Source: Verrucomicrobiota bacterium (lineage in GTDB: Bacteria; Verrucomicrobiota; Verrucomicrobiia; Opitutales; Seribacteraceae). From it: a stretch of 64,000 nucleotides of DNA. Both the position numbers and the translations under genes were made by a program. The notes below the pieces were generated by a model. It made no database searches and had not been told where the DNA came from. It worked only from the letters and a program-made list of their open reading frames with translations. This document shows positions 18,705-27,554 of this stretch, piece by piece (position 1 is the stretch's first letter; the number at the start of each line of letters is the position of its first letter). The stretch lies in the NCBI GenBank assembly GCA_027622665.1, contig JAQBYT010000005.1:96001-160000 (forward strand), written 5' to 3'.

Positions 18705-21668
18705 ATGCGCCCGAAAACTCTACTCCTTTTCTTATTCGCAATTTTAGTAAACGGGCTTTCCGGAGAAGAGAAAATTTCCGCCGAAGCTCTCGCTTTCTGG
18801 AAAAAGGAAGCAAAGCCCCTGCTCGAGCAGAATTGCTGGAAGTGTCACGGGGCAAAGGAACGCATAAAAGGGGATCTTCTTCTCACTACTCGCGAGGGTG
18901 TTCTCATAGGAGGTGAAATAGGGTCTTCGGTCAACTTGGAGAAACCCGAAACCAGTCTTCTCTTGGAAATGGTTTCCTACAAGGATGAGGATCACGAGAT
19001 GCCGCCACTCGGCAAACTGAAGGACTCGGAAATCGCTGTCCTCGAAAAATGGATCAAGCTTGGTCTTCCATTCGCTTCCGAAGACGAGATACATGGGAAA
19101 GAAGGACACAAGGTAACCGCTGGTGAAGACAACACGAAGGTCAACGAACGAACAATGTCACATTGGGGTTTCGTGAAGCCTAAGCGTCTCGAATTGCCCG
19201 AGGTGAAAGACAAGTCGGCTAAGCACCCGATCGATCGTTTTATTTTGGCGAAACTCGATGCTTCGGGTCTAACGCCCAACCCTTTGGCCTCCAAGGAAGC
19301 CCTCCTTCGGAGAGCCTCTTTCGATCTTATAGGAATCGCTCCCAGTCCGGATCAAGTGAGCGATTTCTTGACCGATGATTCGGCCGACGCTTTCGAGGCA
19401 GTTATCGATGATTTGCTGGCTATGCCTCAATACGGGGAAAAGTGGGGGCGCCATTGGTTGGACTTAGTTCGCTATGCTGAAACAAATGGATATGAAAGAG
19501 ACAGTGACAAACCGATGGCTTGGCGTTTTCGGGACTATGTCATCAAAGCCTTTAATGACAATAAACCTTACGATCGCTTTGTTCAAGAACAGCTTGCCGG
19601 CGATGAATTGCCCGATGCCGATGCCGATGCCATTACTGCCACAGGTTTTCATCGTCTTGGAATTTGGGACGACGAACCTGCAGACCGAAAACTCGCCCGC
19701 TACGACTACCTCGATGACATCCTAAAGACTACCAGCGATGTTTTTCTCGGCATGAGTGTGGGTTGCGCTCGTTGCCATGATCATAAGATCGATCCCATTC
19801 CTACCAAGGATTACTACTCCCTGCTTTCTTTCTTCGCCAATGTATCGAACCATGGCAAAGGCGGGGCCAACCTAGTGAAGGTCGAGAGCTTTTCTGGTAA
19901 TGGCGAGTACGACAAGCAGTTCGAAAAGTGGTCAAAGAGGGATGCTGACCTGCGTAGGCAAATGGAGAAAATTGAAAAAGACTTCTTTGAAGAACTGGCA
20001 CTTCGCCAACCTGAAATCAAGGTTAACAAGCCCGGCAAAAATACCAAGGCGAAGCAGAACGTTATTCTGCATGATGCGCGCTCAGGTGAGGTGGCGTGGA
20101 ATTACTCCACAAAAAAACCAGACGATCACTGGTTCGAGATCGCCTACGATGACTCCAAGTGGGATTCCGGCAAGGCAGGTTTTGGAGTCAAGGGGACTCC
20201 GGGTGCTATCGTCCGAACCGAATGGCGTGGCAAGGCAATCTGGATGCGAACAAGTTTTCGTCTGGCTGCCGTACCTAACAATCTCTCGATCAACGTTCAT
20301 CACGACGAAGACGTACAAATCTATCTCAACGGCAAACTAGTGAAGGAATTGGGTGGGCATGTTTCAAATTATGAAACGCACGATGTCTCCAAGGTCGCTG
20401 CAGACGTACTTCAGACCGGCAAAAACGTTCTCGCGGTCCATTGTCGGCAAACTGGTGGCGGACAGTACGTTGACGTCGGGGTGTCATCCTCCGATCAGTT
20501 CGCGGATCTAGCATCCCTTATGCGCAAGTTCGGTAAGGATTACATCGGTGACGCAGCACTGAAAAATCACCGCCGCAACACTCGCGACCTTGCCAATCAT
20601 GCCGGCCAAAAGCCATCGGCGAGCAAGTACGAGGTTATGGCTGTGGCCGAGTCGGGTAACAACATTATCAAAGTATTGCATCGCGGTAACCCCGTACTTG
20701 AGGGTGATGTCGTTCAACCCTCTTTCCCGAGCGTTCTGCGACCTCCGGCAGCCGTTATCCCTGACAGTTATAAAACCGCCAGGACCTCCGGCCGTCGCCG
20801 GGTTCTCGCTGAATGGATTACCTCCAAAGACAATCCCGTTTCCGCACGAGTAATGATGAACAGGGTTTGGCAGCACCATTTCGGGCGTGGCATCGTTCGT
20901 AGCACAAGTGACTATGGTTTTCAGGGAATCAAACCCACTCACCCCGCCTTGCTCGACTGGTTGGCCGTTGAGTTCATGGATCGAGACTGGAATATTAAGG
21001 CAATGCACAAGCTGATCATGACGTCGAAGGCCTACCGACGTTCATCTGCTCCCAGTGATTTAGCTTTCGAAAAAGATCCGATAAACGATCTATTTAGGCG
21101 TTTCGACATGCGGCGGTTGACGGCCGAGGAGATTCGCGACTCGATTTTGTCGGCATGCGGTTCACTCAACTTAAAGCCCGGTGGTCCTAGTATCACTCCT
21201 CCCCTCCCTCAAATAGTTCTCGCAACCGCGTCTCGTCCGGGGGCGGGGTGGGGCAAGTCGTCTCCAGAAGAGTCTGCTCGTCGGAGCGTTTACGTGAAGG
21301 TGAAGCGCTCCATGCAAATGCCTATTCTTATCAATCACGACATGGCCGACATGGATACTTCGTGTCCCGTACGTTTTGCCACCACGGTGCCCACTCAATC
21401 TCTAAATATGCTTAACGGAAAGTTCATGAACGATTCGGCGAAGGTTTTTGCCAAGCGACTTCGCGACGAAGCGGGTGCTGCTCCCGCGGATCAAGTTGCT
21501 CGAGCTTTTCAGATCGCGTTATCAAGGAAGCCCTCTGAAAAAGAAGTTAGCTCGGGTCTCGCAATGATTAAAGACATGCGTTCTATGGGCGGCCTTTCCG
21601 AAGAAGTCGCTTTGGAACGCTTTGCTCTCCTCGCCCTCAACCTTAATGAATTTGTCTACTTGGACTGA
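18705..21668 (+). CDS. PSD1 and planctomycete cytochrome c domain protein (PSCyt1 + DUF1549 + galactose-binding-like insert + DUF1553)
   Basis: Signal peptide from ATG 18705 (ORF open from 18657); CWKCH and CARCH; GEKWGRHWLDLVRYAET; NRVWQHHFGRGIV; NLNEF. Confidence 0.92.
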   Translation: MRPKTLLLFLFAILVNGLSGEEKISAEALAFWKKEAKPLLEQNCWKCHGAKERIKGDLLLTTREGVLIGGEIGSSVNLEKPETSLLLEMVSYKDEDHEMPPLGKLKDSEIAVLEKWIKLGLPFASEDEIHGKEGHKVTAGEDNTKVNERTMSHWGFVKPKRLELPEVKDKSAKHPIDRFILAKLDASGLTPNPLASKEALLRRASFDLIGIAPSPDQVSDFLTDDSADAFEAVIDDLLAMPQYGEKWGRHWLDLVRYAETNGYERDSDKPMAWRFRDYVIKAFNDNKPYDRFVQEQLAGDELPDADADAITATGFHRLGIWDDEPADRKLARYDYLDDILKTTSDVFLGMSVGCARCHDHKIDPIPTKDYYSLLSFFANVSNHGKGGANLVKVESFSGNGEYDKQFEKWSKRDADLRRQMEKIEKDFFEELALRQPEIKVNKPGKNTKAKQNVILHDARSGEVAWNYSTKKPDDHWFEIAYDDSKWDSGKAGFGVKGTPGAIVRTEWRGKAIWMRTSFRLAAVPNNLSINVHHDEDVQIYLNGKLVKELGGHVSNYETHDVSKVAADVLQTGKNVLAVHCRQTGGGQYVDVGVSSSDQFADLASLMRKFGKDYIGDAALKNHRRNTRDLANHAGQKPSASKYEVMAVAESGNNIIKVLHRGNPVLEGDVVQPSFPSVLRPPAAVIPDSYKTARTSGRRRVLAEWITSKDNPVSARVMMNRVWQHHFGRGIVRSTSDYGFQGIKPTHPALLDWLAVEFMDRDWNIKAMHKLIMTSKAYRRSSAPSDLAFEKDPINDLFRRFDMRRLTAEEIRDSILSACGSLNLKPGGPSITPPLPQIVLATASRPGAGWGKSSPEESARRSVYVKVKRSMQMPILINHDMADMDTSCPVRFATTVPTQSLNMLNGKFMNDSAKVFAKRLRDEAGAAPADQVARAFQIALSRKPSEKEVSSGLAMIKDMRSMGGLSEEVALERFALLALNLNEFVYLD

Positions 21669-21708
21669 ACCCCTATAACTTTCCTTCTACCCCATCATCT
21701 GAAATATC

Positions 21709-23175
21709 ATGAACAAGCCACAAAACACATTCTGCGGACAGGTCCATCGCCGTGAGTTCCTCAAAGATATTGGCGGAGGTTTTGCCTCTCTTGGGTTAAC
21801 GGGAATGTTGGCTCAAGATGGCTTTTTCCAGTCACAAGCAACTGCTCAGGAAATGGCGAAATTCGTCAATCCGCTAGCACCCAAGGAGCCTCATTACAAG
21901 GGGAAGGCCAAATCGGTCATCTTCCTTTTCATGTATGGCGGCCCCAGCCAAGTCGACACCTTTGATCACAAGCCAAAGCTCTATCCTCTCGATGGAAAGA
22001 CCATCGATATAAAGACATTTGGTCGTGGGGGTAAACGCAACAAGAGTAGAGTGGTCGGACCTAAATGGCAGTTCAAGGAATACGGCCAATGTCAAAAAAT
22101 GGTTTCAGATCTTTTCCCAAACATCGGCTCTTGTGTGGATGATATTGCCTTTGTTCATTCCATGACTGCGGATTCACCTATACATGGTTCGGCTATGCTA
22201 ATGATGAATGCTGGCCAATTGCTTTCCGGTCACCCGTCCATTGGTTCATGGGTGAACTATGGTCTGGGTAGCGTGAACGAGAATCTTCCCGGTTACGTTG
22301 TTATGCTGGATAAGACCGGTGGTCCCATCAGCGGTGCCAAGAACTGGTCTAGTGGTTACATGCCGGCTAGTTACCAAGGCACGGTGCTGCGTTCTCAGGG
22401 AACGCCAATTCTGGATCTCGAAAATGCAGATGGGATGAGTAAGACCGAACAGCGTACGCTTTTGGATCACCTTCGAAAGGCAAATGAGGGGCACCTTTCC
22501 GAGCGCTACGACAACACCAACCTTGCCGCTAGAGTAGCCTCATACGAGCTTGCTTATAAGATGCAGGCATCGGCCCCCGAGGCTGTCGACTTGGACAAGG
22601 AGCCGGACCACATCAAAAAGCTTTACGGTATTGATGGTTCTAGAACCGAAGATTTTGGTCGGAAGTGTTTGCTTGCTCGTCGCCTTGTTGAGCGCGGAGT
22701 GCGCTTTGTCCAAATTTACTCAGGTGGAAACCACAACGATGCCAACTGGGATGCCCATGGTGATCTTGTAAAGAATCACACCTATCATGCAGGCAATACG
22801 GACAAAGCTATCGCTGGTCTTCTAAAGGATCTTAAACAGCAAGGGTTACTTGATGAGACTCTCGTTGTCTGGGGTGGCGAATTCGGTCGTCAACCGACTG
22901 CAGAATATGCGAAGGGTACCGGTCGGGATCATAATTCCTATGGCTTTACCATGTGGATGGCCGGTGGCGGGATAAAGGGCGGCATTAGTGTGGGCGAGAC
23001 TGATGAATTAGGTAGTGCCGCCGTTGTCGATCGCTTCCACGTTAAGCGCCTACATTCCACTATATTACATCTGATGGGGCTCGATCCCAATGCCCTAAAT
23101 TATTTCTATGGCGGTCTCAATCGCCGCTTAGTGGGAGTAGAAGGCGCTGAGCCGATAGAACAGCTTTTGGCCTAA
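21709..23175 (+). CDS. DUF1501 family protein, Tat-exported
   Basis: HRREFL; GGPSQVDTFD, LLARRLVERGVRFVQ, WDAH, GEFGR, GRDH. Confidence 0.93.
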   Translation: MNKPQNTFCGQVHRREFLKDIGGGFASLGLTGMLAQDGFFQSQATAQEMAKFVNPLAPKEPHYKGKAKSVIFLFMYGGPSQVDTFDHKPKLYPLDGKTIDIKTFGRGGKRNKSRVVGPKWQFKEYGQCQKMVSDLFPNIGSCVDDIAFVHSMTADSPIHGSAMLMMNAGQLLSGHPSIGSWVNYGLGSVNENLPGYVVMLDKTGGPISGAKNWSSGYMPASYQGTVLRSQGTPILDLENADGMSKTEQRTLLDHLRKANEGHLSERYDNTNLAARVASYELAYKMQASAPEAVDLDKEPDHIKKLYGIDGSRTEDFGRKCLLARRLVERGVRFVQIYSGGNHNDANWDAHGDLVKNHTYHAGNTDKAIAGLLKDLKQQGLLDETLVVWGGEFGRQPTAEYAKGTGRDHNSYGFTMWMAGGGIKGGISVGETDELGSAAVVDRFHVKRLHSTILHLMGLDPNALNYFYGGLNRRLVGVEGAEPIEQLLA

Positions 23176-23249
23176 AGATCCAAGAACTCTAGTCTGTCGG
23201 TCAATTCCGCTCGCGAAAACCGTGGGCATTCTCTAGGTGTTGGTTAGAA

Positions 23250-24323
23250 ATGAGTGAAACATCCCAGCGTCCTCTTCTTACCGACAAATCTCCCGAGGAT
23301 TGGGACTTCCCTGATGTTCCCGCATACAGAGCGGAGCAAATCCGTCAATGGGTCTACGATAAAGGCGTGCTCGATTTCGATGCCATGTCCAACTTGCCTT
23401 CCGACTTGCGGACTCGACTTGCGAATGAATGGGAGATCCGACCTATGGAGCAAGCCCGCGTTCAAGGATCTGCCGACATCACTCGCAAATTTTTATGGCG
23501 CTTACGCGACGGCCAGTTCATCGAAAGCGTTCTGATTCCGGCCACACTAGGTACGGATGGTTCTCGTGCTTCGCGCCTCACGCTTTGCGTTTCCACTCAA
23601 GTCGGATGCGCCCTCGGGTGCAAGTTTTGCGCAAGTGGACTCGACGGATTAAAGCGAAACCTATCAACTGGGGAAATCTTAGGTCAAATCCTGCTCGCGA
23701 GGAACGAGGCTGGTCGCAGGATCGACAACCTCGTCTTCATGGGAATGGGCGAGCCTCTCGCAAATTTGCCCGCACTTTTGCCTGCCCTCGACGTGATTCT
23801 ATCTCCCAAGGGATTGGGAATCGGCGCTCGACACGTAACCCTTTCCACGAGTGGACTTGTTCCGCGTATTCTAGAACTTGCCTCTTACCCTGCACAAATC
23901 CGCCTAGCTATCTCTCTTCATGGCGGCGACGACGCCACTCGCGAGAAAATCATGCCGATCAACAAGCGCTACCCCGTGGCAGAGCTACTCGACGCCTGTG
24001 AAACCTTTGTGAGAACCCGTCGCAAGATGATCACGCTCGAATACATTCTGATCGACGGAGTGAACGATGATCCTGTCCAAGCTACAAAGCTTGCTGCCCA
24101 CGCCCGACGGCTTCGAGCCAAGGTGAATCTAATCCCCTACAACAAAGTAGATGGGCTTGAATGGGAACGGCCTTCGGAGAACCGCATCAGAACCTTTCTA
24201 CAAACGGTCGAGAGAGGACACCCGCCCGCGGTGACTCTTCGTACGGAAAAAGGTCATGACATCGACGCAGCTTGTGGTCAGCTTCGCTTGAGAGAGCAAA
24301 AAGCAGAAGGCTGTAATCCTTAG
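23250..24323 (+). CDS. rlmN: 23S rRNA (adenine2503-C2)-methyltransferase, radical SAM
   Basis: CVSTQVGCALGCKFC, MGMGEP, ISLH, NLIPYN, DIDAACGQL. Confidence 0.96.
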   Translation: MSETSQRPLLTDKSPEDWDFPDVPAYRAEQIRQWVYDKGVLDFDAMSNLPSDLRTRLANEWEIRPMEQARVQGSADITRKFLWRLRDGQFIESVLIPATLGTDGSRASRLTLCVSTQVGCALGCKFCASGLDGLKRNLSTGEILGQILLARNEAGRRIDNLVFMGMGEPLANLPALLPALDVILSPKGLGIGARHVTLSTSGLVPRILELASYPAQIRLAISLHGGDDATREKIMPINKRYPVAELLDACETFVRTRRKMITLEYILIDGVNDDPVQATKLAAHARRLRAKVNLIPYNKVDGLEWERPSENRIRTFLQTVERGHPPAVTLRTEKGHDIDAACGQLRLREQKAEGCNP

Positions 24324-24442
24324 AGGAGTGTATTTCGAAAATTCAATTAACTGTGTGCAGCATCTTTTCCCCTAGGAACGAAAGCTTGTAAAGTGGAGCT
24401 TTTTACTTTGCGGATTTCACAACTTATCGTTCTTTTTTTTCT

Positions 24443-27400
24443 ATGTTCTCTTATCGTATCCTCTCTATTTTCTTAGCGTTAGCTTTTCTTCTTAATATCG
24501 GCGTGAAAGCCGTTCAACCCAAAGCCAAATGGATTTGGGATGCTAGGGGCGATCGTCCCAATAACCCGCTTTATTTTGCCAAAACGGTAGATTTGGAAAG
24601 TGCTCCGAAAGCAGCCAAGCTTCTGTTTACTTGCGATAACAGCAGCACGGTGTTCGTTAATGGTAAATCAATAGGTACCAGTGGGAATTGGAACGCTGCC
24701 GTATCTGCGGATGTCAAAAAACTGCTGAAGAAGGGTGGCAACGTGATAGCGGCCGTAGCCCACAATGCCAGTGGTCCGGCGGGTTTTGTGTTGCAATTGG
24801 AAATCACCAAAGCGGATGGCAAGAAGGTTGTGATCGTAACCGACGATTCTTGGCGTTTTGTCGATAAGGACCCCAAGGATCTTCTTGGAGAGGCGACCAA
24901 CTGGAAAATGGAAGGATTTCCCAACGGGAAAAAACCTGTTGTAGTCGGCACGATTGGGGATGATCCATGGGGCTATGTCTTTTCAAATGGAGGCGGAAGT
25001 CCCTCAGCGCCTAGGCCCGCAGGAATCGCCAACAACACGCTTCGTAGCACCGAAGGGTTTAAGGTGGAAATGATTTACGATGTTCCTCGCTCCCAAGGCT
25101 CATGGGTTTCACTTGCCGTGGACGAAAAAGGACGAATCTACGCCTGTGATCAAGGCGGGGCGGGCCTTTATCGCATCACTTTGCCAAGTGGAGAAAAAGA
25201 AATCTTCGTCGAAAAGATGGATGTGAAAATGACGGGCGGACATGGTATGCTTTGGGCATTTGATAGCCTTTACGTTTGTGCCAATGGCGGCCCCGGCAGC
25301 GGCCTTTATCGCCTTAAGGACACCACCGGCGACGATCAGTTCGACAAACTTGAAAAACTAAGAGCGATTTCCGGTGGTGGGGAGCATGGTCCCCATGACG
25401 TGGAGTTGGGACCTGACGGGAAGAAACTTTACGTCGTCGCTGGGAATATGACCAGACTACCTTCGCTGGAAGGTTCTTTGGTGCCCAAGGTCTGGCAGGA
25501 GGACCAGTTGCTGCCTCGGATGCCCGATGCTCGCGGGCATGCTCGTTCCGTCATGGCGCCGGGCGGTTGGATCTGTCGTACTGATCCCGAGGGTAAATCA
25601 TGGGAATTGGTGAGTACCGGATTTCGCAACACCTATGGAATCGCCTTCAACGGCGATGGCGAATTGTTCGGATACGATTCCGATATGGAATGGGATGCAG
25701 GTTCACCATGGTATCGGCCGACGCGAATTTGCCACGCCGTGAATGGGGGAGAGTTCGGTTGGCGAAACGGGTCTGGCAAGTTTCCTGCCTACTATGCCGA
25801 TACTTTGCCTGCGGTGGTGGACATCGGCCCCGGATCTCCAACGGGCGTAATTTCAGGATCGGGTGCAAAATTTCCTTCCAAGTATCAATCGGCCATCTAC
25901 GCACTCGACTGGACTTATGGTTCCATTTGGGCCATTCACCTGAAGCCTGAGGGCAGTTCCTACAAGGCAATGAGGGAAGAGTTCGTGGGCGGAAAACCTC
26001 TCCCCGTGACCGATGCCATAATCCACCCGCAAGACGGATCTATGTATTTTGCGGTTGGCGGGCGTGGGTCGAAATCTTTTCTCTATAAAGTTTCCTACTC
26101 GGGCAGTGAATCAACCAAGGCGGTTTCCGGAAGCTTTGCCGTTGGAAAAGATCTACGAACCATCCGTCGTTCAATGGAAGATTTGCAGCGACCGGGAAAT
26201 AAGGGCGACCTTAACAAGATCTGGAAGAACCTTGGCAGCGATGATCGTTTCATTCGTAATGCCGCCCGTGTTGCTCTAGAGCATCAACCGGTGGACGCAT
26301 GGTCGTCCAAGGCTTTGGCCGAACAGGATCCCCAATCCTTACTTTCTGCTGTCACTGCTCTTGCTCGCAATGCTTCCTCTGACTTGCGAGACAAAATTCT
26401 CATTGCTCTCGACCGTCTTGATTGGGTTAAGCTAAGTGAGGTCCGCCAACTGCACTTGTTGCGAAACTATGGTCTTGTCTTCACCCGTCTTGGTAGGCCT
26501 ACCCCGAAAGCTGCGGCAAAGCTAATCAGCAAGCTAGACCCTCACTACCCTGCCGCCAGTGATGCTCTTAATCGTGAACTCTGCATCATGCTCACCTATC
26601 TCGAGGCCGATTCAGTACCTGCAAAAACTATCCCCATGCTTGCGCAAAATCGTAACGAGCAGGACGACTACCTAGACACGAAACTTCTCGTTCGAAGTGG
26701 CTATGGCAACGCTTTCCTTGCCACCTTGGACTCGCGGCCCGAGAAACAACAAATCAACTATGCTTACTGTCTCCGCGTGGCCAAGGCCGGTTGGACTCCG
26801 AGTCTGCGGAAAAGCTTCTTTAGTTGGTTTAACAATGCCAAGCGTTTCCGCGGCGGGAACAGTTTCTCCGGCTTTCTCAACAATATAAAGAAGGAAGCCC
26901 TCAAGAATGTTCCCGATGAGGAAAGGTCGCAACTGGCAGTCTTGAGCGAAGAGCTTACAACTACTATTGCCGCTGTGCTTCCTCGCCCCAAGGGTCCTGG
27001 TCGTACATGGACCGTTGAAACTGTTGGCAAGCTTGCCGAAAAGGAGGGATTGAATGATCGAGACCTAACCAATGGACACGCAATGTTTAAAGCCGGCCTA
27101 TGCGCGAACTGTCATCTCTTTGGCAGTGAAGGTGGCTTGGGCGGACCTGATCTGACTGAGGCCGGCACGCGTTTTGGTCCCCGCGACCTCGCGGACGCCA
27201 TCCTCAACCCGAACAACGTGATTTCAGACCAGTATAATAATAGCGTGGTGGTCAAAAAAGACGGTACCGAGCAGTTCGGCCGAATCCTGGGAGAAGAAGA
27301 CGGTCACATGCTCATTATGCCAACACCAATGGCCCCCGATCATGTTCTTAGAATTCCCAAAGGAGAAATCAAGGAAACTAAACCATCCAAATTGTCCGCC

Positions 27401-27481
27401 ATGATGCCCGGCTTGATCAACTCAATGAACCCCGACGAAGTCCTCGACCTACTCGCTTTCCTTCGAAGCGGAGTGAAGTAG
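24443..27481 (+). CDS. PVC-type heme-binding protein (galactose-binding-like domain + dehydrogenase-like beta-propeller + HEAT + cytochrome c)
   Basis: Signal peptide; GGEHGPH, GFRNTY, YDSDMEWD, WYRPTR, GSPTG; C-terminal CANCH...GPDLT...SAMMPGL. Confidence 0.88.
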   Translation: MFSYRILSIFLALAFLLNIGVKAVQPKAKWIWDARGDRPNNPLYFAKTVDLESAPKAAKLLFTCDNSSTVFVNGKSIGTSGNWNAAVSADVKKLLKKGGNVIAAVAHNASGPAGFVLQLEITKADGKKVVIVTDDSWRFVDKDPKDLLGEATNWKMEGFPNGKKPVVVGTIGDDPWGYVFSNGGGSPSAPRPAGIANNTLRSTEGFKVEMIYDVPRSQGSWVSLAVDEKGRIYACDQGGAGLYRITLPSGEKEIFVEKMDVKMTGGHGMLWAFDSLYVCANGGPGSGLYRLKDTTGDDQFDKLEKLRAISGGGEHGPHDVELGPDGKKLYVVAGNMTRLPSLEGSLVPKVWQEDQLLPRMPDARGHARSVMAPGGWICRTDPEGKSWELVSTGFRNTYGIAFNGDGELFGYDSDMEWDAGSPWYRPTRICHAVNGGEFGWRNGSGKFPAYYADTLPAVVDIGPGSPTGVISGSGAKFPSKYQSAIYALDWTYGSIWAIHLKPEGSSYKAMREEFVGGKPLPVTDAIIHPQDGSMYFAVGGRGSKSFLYKVSYSGSESTKAVSGSFAVGKDLRTIRRSMEDLQRPGNKGDLNKIWKNLGSDDRFIRNAARVALEHQPVDAWSSKALAEQDPQSLLSAVTALARNASSDLRDKILIALDRLDWVKLSEVRQLHLLRNYGLVFTRLGRPTPKAAAKLISKLDPHYPAASDALNRELCIMLTYLEADSVPAKTIPMLAQNRNEQDDYLDTKLLVRSGYGNAFLATLDSRPEKQQINYAYCLRVAKAGWTPSLRKSFFSWFNNAKRFRGGNSFSGFLNNIKKEALKNVPDEERSQLAVLSEELTTTIAAVLPRPKGPGRTWTVETVGKLAEKEGLNDRDLTNGHAMFKAGLCANCHLFGSEGGLGGPDLTEAGTRFGPRDLADAILNPNNVISDQYNNSVVVKKDGTEQFGRILGEEDGHMLIMPTPMAPDHVLRIPKGEIKETKPSKLSAMMPGLINSMNPDEVLDLLAFLRSGVK

Positions 27482-27554
27482 TCATCTAGGTGCTTATTTT
27501 AGAAATTAACGATTTCGCTTGTCCGTAAACGGGTTCATGCCGAGATTTATAGGA

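Noticed and set aside
23250..24323. Cfr-type resistance methyltransferase or RiPP radical SAM enzyme
   Set aside because: Motifs and length fit housekeeping RlmN; no mobile context or precursor peptide
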